From Chiloscyllium plagiosum (Eukaryota), in assembly GCF_004010195.1 (NCBI RefSeq), contig NC_057749.1, positions 16,706,564 through 16,764,382 on the forward strand: DNA of 57,819 bases, in the 5' to 3' direction. The position numbers and the translations under genes are program-made. The notes under the pieces were generated by a model. It was not told where the DNA came from, searched no databases, and saw only the letters and a list, made by a program, of their open reading frames with translations. Every line of letters begins with the position of its first letter. Positions within the stretch are counted from its first letter, which is position 1. Shown here piece by piece: positions 37,607 through 50,600 of this stretch.

Positions 37607-37916
37607 GATTAAATTAGATTAGATTACATTACAGTGTGGAAACAGGCCCTTCGGCCCAACAAGTCCACACCGACCCGCCGAAGCGCAACCCACCCACACC
37701 CCTACATTTACCCCTTACCTAACACTACGGGAAATTTAGCATGGCCAATTCACCTGACCTGCACATCTTTCGACTGTGGGAGGAAACCAGAGCACCCGAA
37801 GGAAACCCACTCAGACACGGGGAGAACGTGCAAACTCCACAGTCAGTCGCCTGAGGAGGGAATTGAACCCGGGTCTCTGGCGCTGTGAGGCAGCAGTGCT
37901 AACCACTGTGCCACCC
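37607..37916 (-). mobile_element. HE1-type V-SINE (near full length)
   Basis: Reverse complement begins GGGTGGCACAGTGGTTAGCACTGCTGCCTCACAGCGCCAGAGACCCGGGTTCAATTCC. V-domain present; (ATCTA)n tail. Confidence 0.92.
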
Positions 37917-37924
37917 TAAACTGG

Positions 37925-38220
37925 GATCAAATGAGACTCTTCAAGAATATAAAGAGTGTAGGGGCATTCTTAAGAGTGGATTCAGGAAGGTAAAGAGAGG
38001 ATATGAGATAGCCTTGGCAAACCAGGTTAGGGATAATCCAAAGAGATTCTTTAAGTACATTAAGAGCAAATGATCGGCTCGAGAGAGAGTAGGATTCATT
38101 AAAGATCAATGATATCATCCATGTGTTGAACCTCAGTTCATAGATCATACAGCATGAAAAGAGACCCTTCGGCCCAACCAGTCCATGCTAAACATAATCC
38201 CAAGCTAAACTAGTCCCACT
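37925..38220. mobile_element. CR1 fragments: internal piece (+, 37925-38130) abutting an inverted 3' end (-, 38138-38220)
   Basis: gatatgagatagccttggcaa...ataatccaaagagattct matches 28390-28500. catagatcatacagcatgaaaagagacccttcggcccaacc is the reverse complement of a CR1 3' end. Confidence 0.7.
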
Positions 38221-38378
38221 GCCAGGGAGCCCTGGCTGACAGATATAAACAGGAGCATCAGAGAATCTCCTCACTCTAGGGACCGGCTCTGAACTGGCTG
38301 GTTAGAGTTCATGTACTCTAAACATGTAAATAAAGGGTGACTTGGAAATGGGATACCAGCCTCTGCGCAGTGATTTCA
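38221..38378 (+). mobile_element. Possible partial solo LTR
   Basis: TATAAA (38244-38249), then AATAAA (38329-38334), ending ...tgatttCA: the order expected in an LTR U3-R-U5. No partner LTR in the window. Confidence 0.4.
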
Positions 38379-38689
38379 GAGTGAACGTGACCTACCTTTT
38401 ACAAAAGCATTGTGTGTTGTAAACAGAGGACTGTTTGTTTATCTTTGCTTCATTGCGTCAGGTAGGACTTACTGAGTTGTGTGCCTGTCCTATCCACTGT
38501 TTCAGTGTATTCTGAGAGTTTTTTGTGGTTTTGCAACTTATGTAACAATTCTCTTCTCTTAGAATTGATCTGTGATGCTTCTTAATCACTACTTCACTCA
38601 CAATCTCCATTGCCTCTTCTAGAGCCTGGTCTTCTTTGGACTATAATAAATCTGGCATAATTCACCAGTAATATCACATGTACCAATAT

Positions 38690-40435
38690 AAAGTAAAAGG
38701 TATTGTTTGTGTGATATCCAGACGAATTATACCTTACATAATCATAGAATCACTACTGTGTGGAAACAGGCCATTTAGCCCAACAAGTCCACACCAACAC
38801 TCCAAAGACTAAACGATCCAGACCCATTCCCCTATGCTATTACTCTACATTTGCCCTTACTAACACACCTAACCCACACACCCCTGAACACTATGGGCAA
38901 TTTAGCGTGACCAATTCCCCTAACCTGCACATCTTTGGACTGTGGGATGAAACCCACGCAGACATGGGGAGAACGTGCCAACTCCAAATGGACAGTCACC
39001 TGAGGCTGGAATCGAACCTGGGTCCCTGGTGCTGTGAGGCAGCAGTACTACCTATGTACATCAGGGTAATAGAACAGAAGAATGTAAAATATATAGTGGT
39101 ACAGTTAAACAGAAAGGGGAAGGGAAAAATCAACACTAACATGTGATATGTCCACTTATAAATCTGGTAACAGCGTGGAAGAAGCACTTCTAAAATTTTG
39201 GTCCAGGTTTTCAAACTTTTGTATCTTCTGCCCAATGTAAGAGGGGGTAAAAGTGTGTATAACCGAGATGGGAGGGGTCTTTGATTATCTTGGCTGTTTT
39301 CCAGAGGCAGTGGGACATGCAGATGGACTCAATGGAAGGAAGACTAGTTTGCATGATAAATTGTGCTGATTTCACAACTCAAATTCTTGCAGTCTTGGAC
39401 AGAGCCGCTGCCATACCAAGCTGAGAGGCATCTGAAATCGGACACTTTCTATGGTGCATCTTTAAAAATTAGTTGAAGTCATTTTGGACATGCTGAATTT
39501 CCTCAGCCTTCTTAGGCATTAGAGGTATTGGTGTGCTTTCTTGATACCAGCGCTGATGTGGATGGACCAGGACAGATTGTGTGTGATACTTACTCCAAGG
39601 AACTCTCGACCACCTCCACCTCAGCACCACTGATACAGCAGGGTCGTGCCCTCCACCTCGCTTCCTGAAGTCGATGATCAGATCTTTAGCTTTGCTAACA
39701 TTCAGGGGGAGATTGTTGTCTATGCACCATGCCACTAAACACACACACTCTCCTACGCGGTCTCATTGGTGTTTGATATCTGGCCCACTACAGTGATGTT
39801 ATCAGCAAACTTGTGAAATGGAATCAGAGCCAAAGTTGGCCACACGGTCAAGAGAGCTTAAGGAATGTGCTAAGGGGCTCAAGTGTGCAACCTTGCAGGT
39901 CACTGGTGTTGAGGATTATTGTGGAGGTGTTGTCACCTATTCTTACCAATTGTCGTCTATGTGACAGGAAATCAAGGATCCAATTAATACAAAAGCAAAC
40001 TCCTTGGCCTCAAGAGTTAGGTTGGAATTGTGGTGAAGGTGGAGCTAAAGTCAATAAATAGCAGCCTGACATAGGTGTCCACATTATCCACATGTTCCAG
40101 CAAGGAGTATAAGCCTGGAAGATAGTGTCTGCCATGGACCTGTTGCAAGAGTAGGCAAACTGTAGTACAGCAGCCAATCTGGGAGGCTAGAGCTGATGTG
40201 TACCATTACTAACCTCTCAAAGCACTTCATAATGACAGATGTCCGAGCCACCAGGCTGTACTCATTAAGGAACACAACCTGATTTTTCTTTGGCACTCGG
40301 ATGACACCTTCTTGAAGCAGGTGGGAATCTCACATCAGAATAAGGAGAGGTTAAAAATATCTGAAAATACTCCCGCTAGCTGGTCTGCACAGGATCTGAG
40401 CACATGGTTGGGAATTCCATCCAGGCCAGTTGTGT
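38690..40435 (-). mobile_element. Rex1/Babar-clade LINE fragment
   Basis: PKKN.V..LNEY..VA.TSVIMKCFERLV..HI.SSLP and LVAWC.DNNL.LNVSK.KDLIIDFRK are Rex1-type RT motifs. Confidence 0.8.
38741..39052 (-). mobile_element. HE1-type V-SINE inserted in a Rex1-like 3' region
   Basis: gtggaaacaggcc...aaacccacgcagacatggggagaacgtgc...gaggctggaatcgaacctgggtccctggtgctgtgaggcagcag. Confidence 0.85.
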
Positions 40436-40436
40436 T

Positions 40437-41700
40437 CTGTGGGATCTAAGCTCTGCAATCATATTACATCCAGTCGTAAATAGTGCTGGACAATTAAACA
40501 AATCACCGCAAGAGAAGGTTCCATAAATATCTCTCTCCTCAATTATGGTAGAGCCAAACACATTCATACAAAGGATAAGGCTGAAGCATTCACAGCAATC
40601 CTTAGCCAGATACGCCAAGTGGATGATCCATCTCAGCCTCCTCCAGTAGCCCCTAGTATCACAAGTGACAGTCTTCAGCTAGTTCAATTCAATCCACATG
40701 ATATCAAGAAAGTTCGAGGCACTGGATACTGCAAAAGCTATGGGCGCTGACAATATTCTGGCATTGGAAATAAGACATGCTGCAGAATTTGCCACTCCAG
40801 TACAGTTACAACACTGGCATCTGCATGCAGAAAATTGTCCAGATTTGCCCTGTACACAAAGAATAAATCCAATCTGGCCAGTCACCGTCCTATCAGTCTA
40901 CTCTCAACCATCAGTAAAGTGATAAAAAGGGTCATCAATAGTGCTATCAAGCAGCACCTGCTCATCAATAACTCTACTTGGTGACACTAGTTTGGGTTTG
41001 GCCAGGGCCACTCGCTCCTGACCTCACTGCAGGTTTTGGCACAAAAGTGCCAAATTCCACAGGTGAGGAGACAGTGACCGAGTTTGACATCAAGGAGGCC
41101 TAGCAAAATCAGAATCAATGGGAATCAGAGGGCAAATTCTCCACTGGCTGGAGTCATACCTGGAGCATAGGAAAATGTTACAAGTCAGTCATCTCAGCTC
41201 CATGACAACTCTGAAGGAGTTCCGCAGGGTAGTGTCCTAGGCCCAGCCATCTCCAGCTGCTCCAGTGACCTTCCTTCTATCATGAAGTTAGACTGGGGAC
41301 ATTCACAAATGACTGGGCAAAGTTCAGCATCATTCGTGACTGCTCAGATATTGAACTATATTTAAATGCAATAAAATCTGGACAATATCTAGTAGCAATA
41401 ACATTCACAACACACAAGTGTCAGGCAATGACTATCTCATTACTACTCCTTGACATTTGATGATGGTACCAACGCTGAACCCCCCACTATCAACATCAAT
41501 ACCTTTGTATTTATACAGAAATATACTTCTGTTTCTGGACTAAAATCCAGAAATTCCTTCACTCAGGTTTTGAGAGTCTACCTACAGTACATGGACTACA
41601 GTGGTTCAAGACAGCAGTCACTACCACTTTCTTAAGGGCAACTACAAATAAATGCTGGCCCAGCCACCAATGCCCAAATCCCATAAGTGAATTTAAAAAG
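40437..41700 (+). mobile_element. L2/CR1-group LINE fragment (same family as 20735-23500)
   Basis: EALDTAKAMGADNI; ggagttccgcagggtagtgtcctaggccc (GVPQGSVLG); tail aataaatgctggcccagcc...tcccataagtgaatt. Confidence 0.8.
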
Positions 41701-44240
41701 TGAAACTCGTTGGTGTTACGGCAGTCTCTATAGAATGGAATAAATTGGGTGTATAGTGCAAAGCTACTCCAACTTGGCAACAACTATTTCAACAAAATAC
41801 AACAGTCTGGCTGGTATGGAAATTGGAAATAAATGTCACAAATTGCAGTAATGGAGGGTAGAGCTAAAACAGGCACACTACTGGGCTTTGGTTGTAGTAC
41901 ACAACCTGGAGATAAGCAATGGTACGAACACCAGATGCTTAGAAAACTATTTCCCAGTTTGGTGAGCATAAGTATTTAAAGATGGGCAAATTGGTGAATC
42001 ATGAACAGTCAAAGTACAAGTCTGTAATCATTTCTGTGCCAACACTCTGCAAGAGCAATTCATCTAATTCCACTCCCCTGACCTTTTGCTACAGAATCTC
42101 CCATGTGAAGCATTGTAGGAAAACGCACTTCCTACTTCAAATCTATGAGTTATACTTGCACTGAGCCTCATTCTCCAAAGTACTTTAAGTGCTGATGTAC
42201 CACTTTTCTTCTAAAATGCGAGCAGATTAATCATTTCCCTCACCTCTCATTCAGTTCAAGATACAAAATGAGGAATTCTGCCTGCTGTGAGCCATCACAG
42301 CCAGTGTGTGACAACTGCACCACCAATTCAAACAGAAAATAAACTAAGTTCTCATTTAAAAGAGATCAGTAAAACTCATCTTCAAATGCATTCATTTGTG
42401 ACAGCTAGATTATGCTTTTAGGAATACAATCATTGTACAATATTCATTACATTAATCTTGTTGCAGCAAAAAACAAATTGCTTTTTGAAGGGCAAGTGGG
42501 ATGGTGAGAAAAGAATCCAAGAAAGAGAGGAACAGAAAAAAACCCAATTGTGAACCAGAACGATATGACCTTCCTTTTTTTCTACCATATGGAAATGACC
42601 ACTAAGCTTTAACTAAACAAGAGACAGTTTGCAGCTCTACAATTAACCTACATGGATTATCTACTTAGTGTCTTAGTAGTTCCTATAGTACATGCTCGGC
42701 CTACACTTCAAATGTCCATAATAATATGTTAAAATTTACATCAAGCCCAAACATTACTGAAATAAAGTGCATACATTCAACTTCTTTTATATAACAGCAG
42801 TAGTAGGGAACAAGCCAAGAACAGCACAGAATTGCCGGTGTTATTGCAACAGTTGTCATCTCTGCTTTAAAATTTGATGGTATTAAACTTCAAATACACA
42901 ATCCTATATAGAGTTCATCTTGTGCTTTGCGCTACTCCAGCTCAAATTATTTTCTGCTCCTTCCCCCAACTTTCAAAAATGCCAGAATTAAAAATATGCT
43001 GTTATATCAGCCTAACGATTAACAAAGGGAAATTTTCAAATATTAAAAAAATTAGAAATTTCTTAATTTCTAAAATCTAACACTTTTATGCACGTATCAT
43101 TGGCCCAAAGTTCGTTGATTAATTATGATAAAAGCTAATGTGACATCTAACTTTACACAGCAAGGTCCCACAAAGTAGAGGGGTAAATAATATGATTTGT
43201 TTTGGATAAAGATAAAAGTGCAATTCAAGAAAAAGCTCCTGACCTTCTTCAAAAGTAAGGCCATTGGACTTTTTCTTCACCTCTATGAACAGACTTGCAG
43301 GTTTAATCCTTGGTTTGATGCAAACAGAATAAAATATAAAAAGGAGGTCCTCAAAGGTAGTAATATCTGGATTACTCCCAGTGCCACGAGCTAGTGAGGG
43401 CGGGAATAGGAGGAGAGAGCAGATGAATGCATGGCTGAGGAGCTGGTGTATGGGAGAAGGATTCACATTTTTGGATCATTGGAATCTCTTTTGGGCGAGA
43501 AGTAACCTGCACAAGGAGGACAGATTACACCTGAATTGGAAGGGGACTAATATACTGGCAAGGAAATTTGCCAGAAGGGGGGGACCCAGGGAGATAGTGA
43601 GGAAAGAGATCGATCCGAGACAGGTACAGCTGAGAACAGAAGTGAGTCAAACAAACAGTCAGAGACAAGGTAGGACTAATAAATTAAACCATTTATTTTA
43701 ATGCAAGGGGCCTAACAGGGAAGGCAGATGAACTCAGGGCATGGTTAGGAACATGGGGCTGGGATATCATAGCAATTACAGAGACATGGCTCAAGGATGG
43801 GCAGGACTGGCAGCTGAATGTTCCAGGATACAAATGCTCCAGGAAGGATAGAAAGGGAGGCAAAAGAGGAGGGGGAGTGGCATTTTTGATAAGGTATAGC
43901 ATAAGGTAAGAATAATAGGGTGGTTATGGTAGGGGATTTTAACTTTCCAAACATCAACTGGGACTGCCATAGTGTTAAAGGTTTAGATGGAGAGGAATTT
44001 GTTAAGTGCGTACAAGACAATTTTCTGATTTAGTATGTAGATGTACCTACTAGAGAAGGTGCAAAACCTGACCTACTCTTGGGAAATAAGGCAGGGCAGG
44101 TGACTGAGGTGTCAGTCGGGGGCGCACTATGGGGCCAGCAACCATAATTCTATTCGTTTTAAAATAGTGATGGAAAAGGATAGACCAGATCTAAAAGTTG
44201 AAGTTCTAAATTGGAGAAAGGCCAATTTTGACGGTTTTTT

Positions 44241-44606
44241 TAGATTAGATTAGATTAGTTACAGTGTGGAAACAGGCCCTTCAGCCCAACAAGTCCACNN
44301 NNNNNNNNNNNNNNNNNNNNNNNNNNNNNNNNNNNNNNNNNNNNNNNNNNNNNNNNNNNNNNNNNNNNNNNNNNNNNNNNNNNNNNNNNNNNNNNNNNNN
44401 NNNNNNNNNNNNNNNNNNNNNNNNNNNNNNNNNNNNNNNNNNNNNNNNNNNNNNNNNNNNNNNNNNNNNNNNNNNNNNNNNNNNNNNNNNNNNNNNNNGG
44501 GGAGAATGTGCAAACTCCACACAGAGAGTCGCCTGAGGCGGGAATTGAACCCGGGTCTCTGGCGCTGTGAAGCAGCAGTGCTAACCACTGTGCTACCGTG
44601 CCGCCC
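44241..44606 (-). mobile_element. HE1-type V-SINE inserted in CR1, spanning an assembly gap
   Basis: Reverse complement begins GGGCGGCACGGTAGCACAGTGGTTAGCACTGCTGC. (ATCTA)n tail at 44241-44258. Confidence 0.9.
44299..44498. other. Assembly gap (200 N)
   Basis: Run of exactly 200 N. Confidence 1.
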
Positions 44607-47600
44607 ATTATTAGGCAACAACTTTCGAAACCTGATTGGGGGCAGATATTCGCAGGTAAAAGGAACAGCTGGAAAATGGGAAGCCTTCAGAAATGAGATA
44701 ACAAGAATCCAGAGAAAGCATATTCCTGTCAGAGTGAAAAGGGAAGGCTGGTAGGTGTAGGGAATGTTGGATGACTAAAGAAATTGAGGGTTTGGTTAAA
44801 AAAAAGGAGGAAGCATATGTCAGATAGAGACTGTATCGAGTGAATCCTTAGAAAAGGATAAAGAAAGTAGGACTATACTTAAGAGGGAAATCAGGAGGGC
44901 AAAACACGACATGAGATAGCTTTGGCAAATAGAATTAAGGAGAATCCAAAGGGTTTTTACAAATATATTAAAGACAAAAGGGTAACTAGGGAGAGAATAG
45001 GGCCCCTCAAAGATCAGCAAGATGGCCTTTGTGTGGAGCCACAGAAAATGAGGGAGATACTAAATGAATATTTTGCATCAGTATTTACTGGGGAAAAGGA
45101 TATGGAAGATATAGAATGTAGGGAAATAGATGGCGACATCTTGCAAAATGTCCAGATTACAGAGGAAGTGCTGGATGCCTTGAAACGGTTAAAGGTGGAT
45201 AAATCCCCAGTACCCGATCAGGTGTATCAGAGAACTCAGTGGGAAGCTAGAGAAGTGATTGCTGAGATATTTGTATCATCGATAGTCACAGCTGAGGTGC
45301 CGGAAGACTGGAGGTTGGCAAACGCGGTGCCACTGTTTAAGAAAGGTAGTAAGGACAAACCAGGGAACTATAGACCGATGAGCCTGACCTCAGTGGTGGG
45401 CAATTTGTTGGAGGGAATCTTGAGGGACAGGATGTACATGTATTTGGAAAGACAAGGTCTGATTCGGGATAGTCAACATGGCTTTGTGCGTGGGAAATCA
45501 TGTCTCTCAAACTTGATTCAGATTTTTGAAGTAACAAAGATTGAGGAGGGCAGAGCAGTAGATGTTCGACGAGGTTCCCCATGGGAGACTGATTAACAAG
45601 GAATACAGGGAGAACTAGCCATTTGGACACAGAACTGGCTCAAAGGTAAAAGACAGAGGGTGGTGGTGGTGGAGGGTTGTTTTTCAGACTGGAGGCCTGT
45701 GACCACAAGGATTGGTGCTGGGTCCTCTACTTTTTGTCATTTACATAAATGATTTGGATGCAAGCATAAGAGGTACAGTTAGTAAGTTTGCAGATGACAC
45801 CAAAATTGGAGGTGTAGTGGACAGCGAAGGTTACCTCAGATTACAACAGGATCTGGACTAGATGGGCCAAGGCGGCATTTGGTATGCTTTCCTTTATTGG
45901 TCAGAGTATTGAGTACAGGAGTTGGGAAGTCATGTTGCGGCTGTACAGGACATTGGTTAGGCCACTGTTGGAATATTGCGTGCAATTCTGGTCTCCTTCC
46001 TAACGGAAGGATGTTGTGAAACTTGAAAGGGTTCAGAAAAGATTTGAGGATGTTGTCAGGGTTGGAGGATTTAAGCTACAGGGAGAGGCTGAACAGGCTG
46101 GGGCTGTTTTCCCTGGAGCGTCAGAGGCTGAGGGGTGGCCTAATAGAGGTTTACAAAATTATGAGGGGCATGGATAGGATAAATAGACAAAGTCTTTTCC
46201 CTGGGGTCGGGGAGTCCTGAACTAGAGGGCACAGGTTTATGGTGAGAGGGAAAAGATATAAAAGAGATCGAAGGGGCAACTTTTTCATGCAGAGGGTGGT
46301 ACGTGTATGGAATGAGCTGCCAGAAGATGTGGTGGAGGCTGTACAATTGCAACATTTAAGAGGCATTTGGATGGGTATATGAATAGGAAGGGTTTGGAGG
46401 GATATGGGCCGGGTGCTGCCAAGTGGGACTAGATTGGGTTGGGATATCTGGTCGGCATGGACAGGTTGGACCAAAGGGTCTGTTTACATGCTGTACATCT
46501 CTATGATTCTATGGCTAATTCATACATCAACGCCCAACAAAAATTTAAAAAATTAGTTAAGAAATTCACAAGTCAAAAATCTCACCAATCCAAGAAAATA
46601 ATTTTCTAGTATACAAAATCAACTGCACAGTAAGAAGCTATTCATACCCAAGTGGGAAATGCCAGCATTTATGGTCCACACAAGCTTCTTCTCACCTGAC
46701 TTCATTAAACCCCTCTCTGCACCTCTTTCTATTGCTTTTCCTTCAATTTCTTTCCCTTCAACTATATCAAAGCCAGTCACAAACAAACAGTCAACATGGA
46801 AGCAAGGTCCACAATGTAATTACTCTCTTGTATAACAGAAATGTCACCCTAATTCTCAACATCCTTTCCAGATCCCTCCCACCCTTCCCGAAAGCACAGC
46901 ATCCTGTTAGGATACAGTTCCAAGCATGCCAATCTAAATTGACATTAATAAACCAAGATGATTGTTTTCTAATCGTTTGATACAATTTACAGTAACTCAA
47001 AGCATCAGAAAACAGGCCATAAATACAAGATAGTCACTAATAACTAATAAATACAATGAGGAATCCAGCAAGAAGCATCTGCACCAACACTGCTATGTTG
47101 AATTTACTACCTCGTGGATTAATTAAGCGGATTAGTTTACAAGTATTTAAGAGGAAGTCAGATAAGCACATCAAGGAGAAAGGAATGCAAAGATGTACAG
47201 ATAGGGTGAGATGATGCAGGGTGAAGGCTTATGTGGAACAAACAACAGACACTTGCTGGGCCCAATACCTAAGGGACATTTTTTTCTGATCTGCTGTATC
47301 CTTAAATTAGAAAATTTCAATCCAATCCCAGATATAAACTATCCTTAAAAGATGCAATTATTTAACTGCCAAATACACTTGGACTTAATGCTCATATTTT
47401 ACATCAATTACATGAACTAGAAATCTAATTCAAACATGTGAATAGCTCAATTACTAACAAACTGCAGTAACACTCCAAACAAAGGAAAAAAGATTTTAAA
47501 ATGCTGTAACATTAGCAATTTGAAGATTATGGTCCTGCTCATTTGATGCAGTTTTCCCCTACATTTGCATTGCAAACACCCAAGAACCTGCTAAATCATG

Positions 47601-50600
47601 CTTAGTAATGCCAATGGATTCCCCAAAACATTTGATATTTAACGCAACAGGCGAGGGTTGGCACGGTTTCCACACTGTAGGGAATCTAATCTAAATCTAA
47701 CATATTTATCACGCAGGTGAAATCTATTCAAAAAAGGAATACACTAGCTAACTTTAGAAAAATACTTAGTTGGAATAAGCTAACTCAACAGCAGCGCAAA
47801 TAATGGTTTGATGCATCATCTTGAGTCTACTACAATGGTTACCCATCACTTGAATTGAAGTGAAAGATGAATGAAACAAAAACAATCTGTACTATTCCCG
47901 AATACTAAAGACAATGCAGTTATCTCAAATAATCTTCAAGACAACCTTTAATACAGAGACATGTTTTTAAAATTATCTTTGATATTATTTTGATATTAGA
48001 AATTACTTTGTATGATAATTTTAAAATAACATGTTCAATTAATGATATACAAAATGGATTTCCTAGCAACTTTACATTTTTATTAACACGGTGTAGAAAA
48101 CAGCTATCATCTCAGTTGCAGTGCAAGGTTTAATTATGTTGTTCCAGTATGCATGTCAGAACAGCTGTCTTCCAAATTCAAATACAGATCTTAATAGAAT
48201 GCAAGGTACACTCAAGGCCACAATCTATATTTGGCTGATTTCATGCACTGCTGCTTGCAAAGATTAGATTTCTAACCTGACAGATTATGCAAAAACAAAC
48301 CTAACATGGTTGTAAACCATGTGGATTTTTCAACAGTTATAGTGTACAAATCTTCTTGGCTCTCCAAATCTTTTCAAAAGTAGAATGGGGAAGAACGCCC
48401 TCAATGTTCTCAGTACAGAGGGCTGAACAGTCAAACGATTGTCAATATTCAGATGAGCCGGAATTTATACTGCTCAAACAAAATGAATAGGTAATTCAAA
48501 TTAATAGTTACATTACAATCTCAATTCTTTTGGAAACGAAACCTCATTAATCTCCATTTCAATGAGCCTCCATTGGGCAAATTAAAATGTACTACTCTCC
48601 TGTTACTTATCCCATGTAAGCCGATAGTTGAACAGGTTAAAGATCTCTATGTTTATTCTTGCAAAAGTCATCCTGGTTTTCCCTTCAATAGTTATTTCAT
48701 CCAATAAAGTTCCTATGGGAAACATTTTCTGCAGTACTTCCTGATGGTGCTGCCATTACCCAGCCAAAGCAGACAGATTCTAGTGTTTTGTAGCTTACCT
48801 TGCACATTGGTACCAAAATGCTCCACGAAAAAAAAAATTAGTAAATGCATTTTAATGTTGTGCCAATAAGCTCTTCGCATGATCCTCATTCATCATTTCC
48901 AATTATTTCCATTAAACATGACTATTTCACCTAAATGTACCTCTCACAAAATGCAATATCCATTCCCAATGGTCATGCAACAATTCCTGCTCGTGAATGT
49001 ATGCACGAATGTCACAGTAAGGGGAGAGACTGTGGTGACAATAAATAAAACAGTCCACAATTTTTTATTGCACAAATAGAAATTTTAACTGAATAAAACC
49101 ACTGATTTTTCCTACTCACTTCTTCCACCCAATATCCCTACTCCTTAAGCCAACTTAGGAAGAAAGTCATAAAACTACAAAGTCAAAAGATAGTAAATAT
49201 TTAAACCTCATGGAGTCGAATGTTATATATTAGTGCCAGTATTTATTCTGGAAAAAGTAGTACAGAAAATGACTAAAAAAAAATGAACTGGCACATCATA
49301 GGCATTCTAACACTGCGCCACGCAATGATCTATTAATATTGCATTGCTCTAAGAAAATTAAGCACTGCCCTATTACCTGTGAAATGTAACATTTATCAAA
49401 ATCCTTCTCAACAGCTCCTTTACCTCTTTGGCAATAAATGCCAAATAAGTGGTGCCCATATCGCTTGAGTAAATAAAAAAAATCTTGCTAACTTATGGAT
49501 GGTGCAGGGTACTCTCCACTCCTAACAATATTCATTCCTCTGATTATCCAAGGATCCTATATACTACGTTGTGGTGTCTGAATCAATTTACATATCAAAG
49601 ACTTGATTTCCTAATGCCTCAACTGCCAAAGACAATCAGGAGATCTTCAAAAACTGACAGAATCCCAGATTTGATTTTAAGTTCAGCTATTGAAACAGCA
49701 GAGGTGCTGCAATTTGTTTCAGCATCTCTGAATTAGGAATGGGGGATTGCAGGGTGGGGGGCAACAGCCTCATCTGGAAGTACTGGTGCAGGCAAACTGA
49801 ACCTGGCTGACATTCAACTGCTTTGAAAATCTAGTTGGTATTTAGGTTTTATGATGAACAGTCATTTGAATGGATTATAAACATCACTACCTGCAGAAGT
49901 ACAGTAACATAGAGCAACAAACCTCCAGAGTCAGGAACCCCCAATTTTGGGGGCAGGACGGGGGAATAAAACTCAAAATCTATTCCCTAAATTCCAGGTT
50001 TAATCATTTCCCCTCAAATGTCGAGTAACCAAGGTATAATAGGAACTTATGACAACATTTCATTATAGTACAAAGACATGCAAATATCAGAATGCTCATC
50101 ACCACTTCGCGAGACAAAGTGACACAGTACATGACATTCCAGTCCCAATGGTGATTGAGAATGGCAATCGAAGTTATTTACACATTTGATGCTTCTGCAG
50201 TGACAACTCAATGCAAAACACTACCCTGCAGTTGTATTAACATTAATGTGAAATTTTACTATAACATACACATGGTTACTGTAAAAACCAAAATGCAACT
50301 TTGTGTGATACGTAATAGGAAACCAAAGATTATATTCTTTGACTACACAGACTAACTTCCACACATTTTTTCCTGAGAAAGAATTAACTGCAGAGATTGG
50401 AATTTAAAAAAAGTATCATTTGTTTCAAATCTTATAAGTGTTCTTAAAATAATTGCCCTCCAGAGAGATAGCTCAGGAATAGCAATCAATATCATTTAAA
50501 GTGATGTTTGAGAGTAGATGGATTTTATAACTTAATACACCACAATACAAAAGGATTTGTCCAATCAAACCAGGGTTGCATCTGGAGACAGCATTTTGCT

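Larger units (their letters stand above)
43345..46512 (+). mobile_element. Long CR1-clade LINE: ORF1 SGNH-esterase C-terminus, APE endonuclease, RT, 3' UTR (deleted and frameshifted)
   Basis: PRASEG.NRRREQMNAWLRSWC.GEGFTFLDHW..FW...L...D.LHLN.KGTNILA (esterase); FNARGL.GKADELRAW...DIIAITETWL...VPGY....KDR....GGGVA (APE); ANRIKENPKGFYKYI...SQHGFVRGKSCL (RT region). Closely similar to 28267-31347. Confidence 0.95.

Noticed and set aside
37860..37916. tRNA-like sequence with A and B boxes
   Set aside because: Head of an HE1-type SINE, continuous with the V-domain and LINE-derived tail; not a tRNA gene.
44255..44754. ORFs containing X runs
   Set aside because: Artefacts of translating through the N gap within a SINE.
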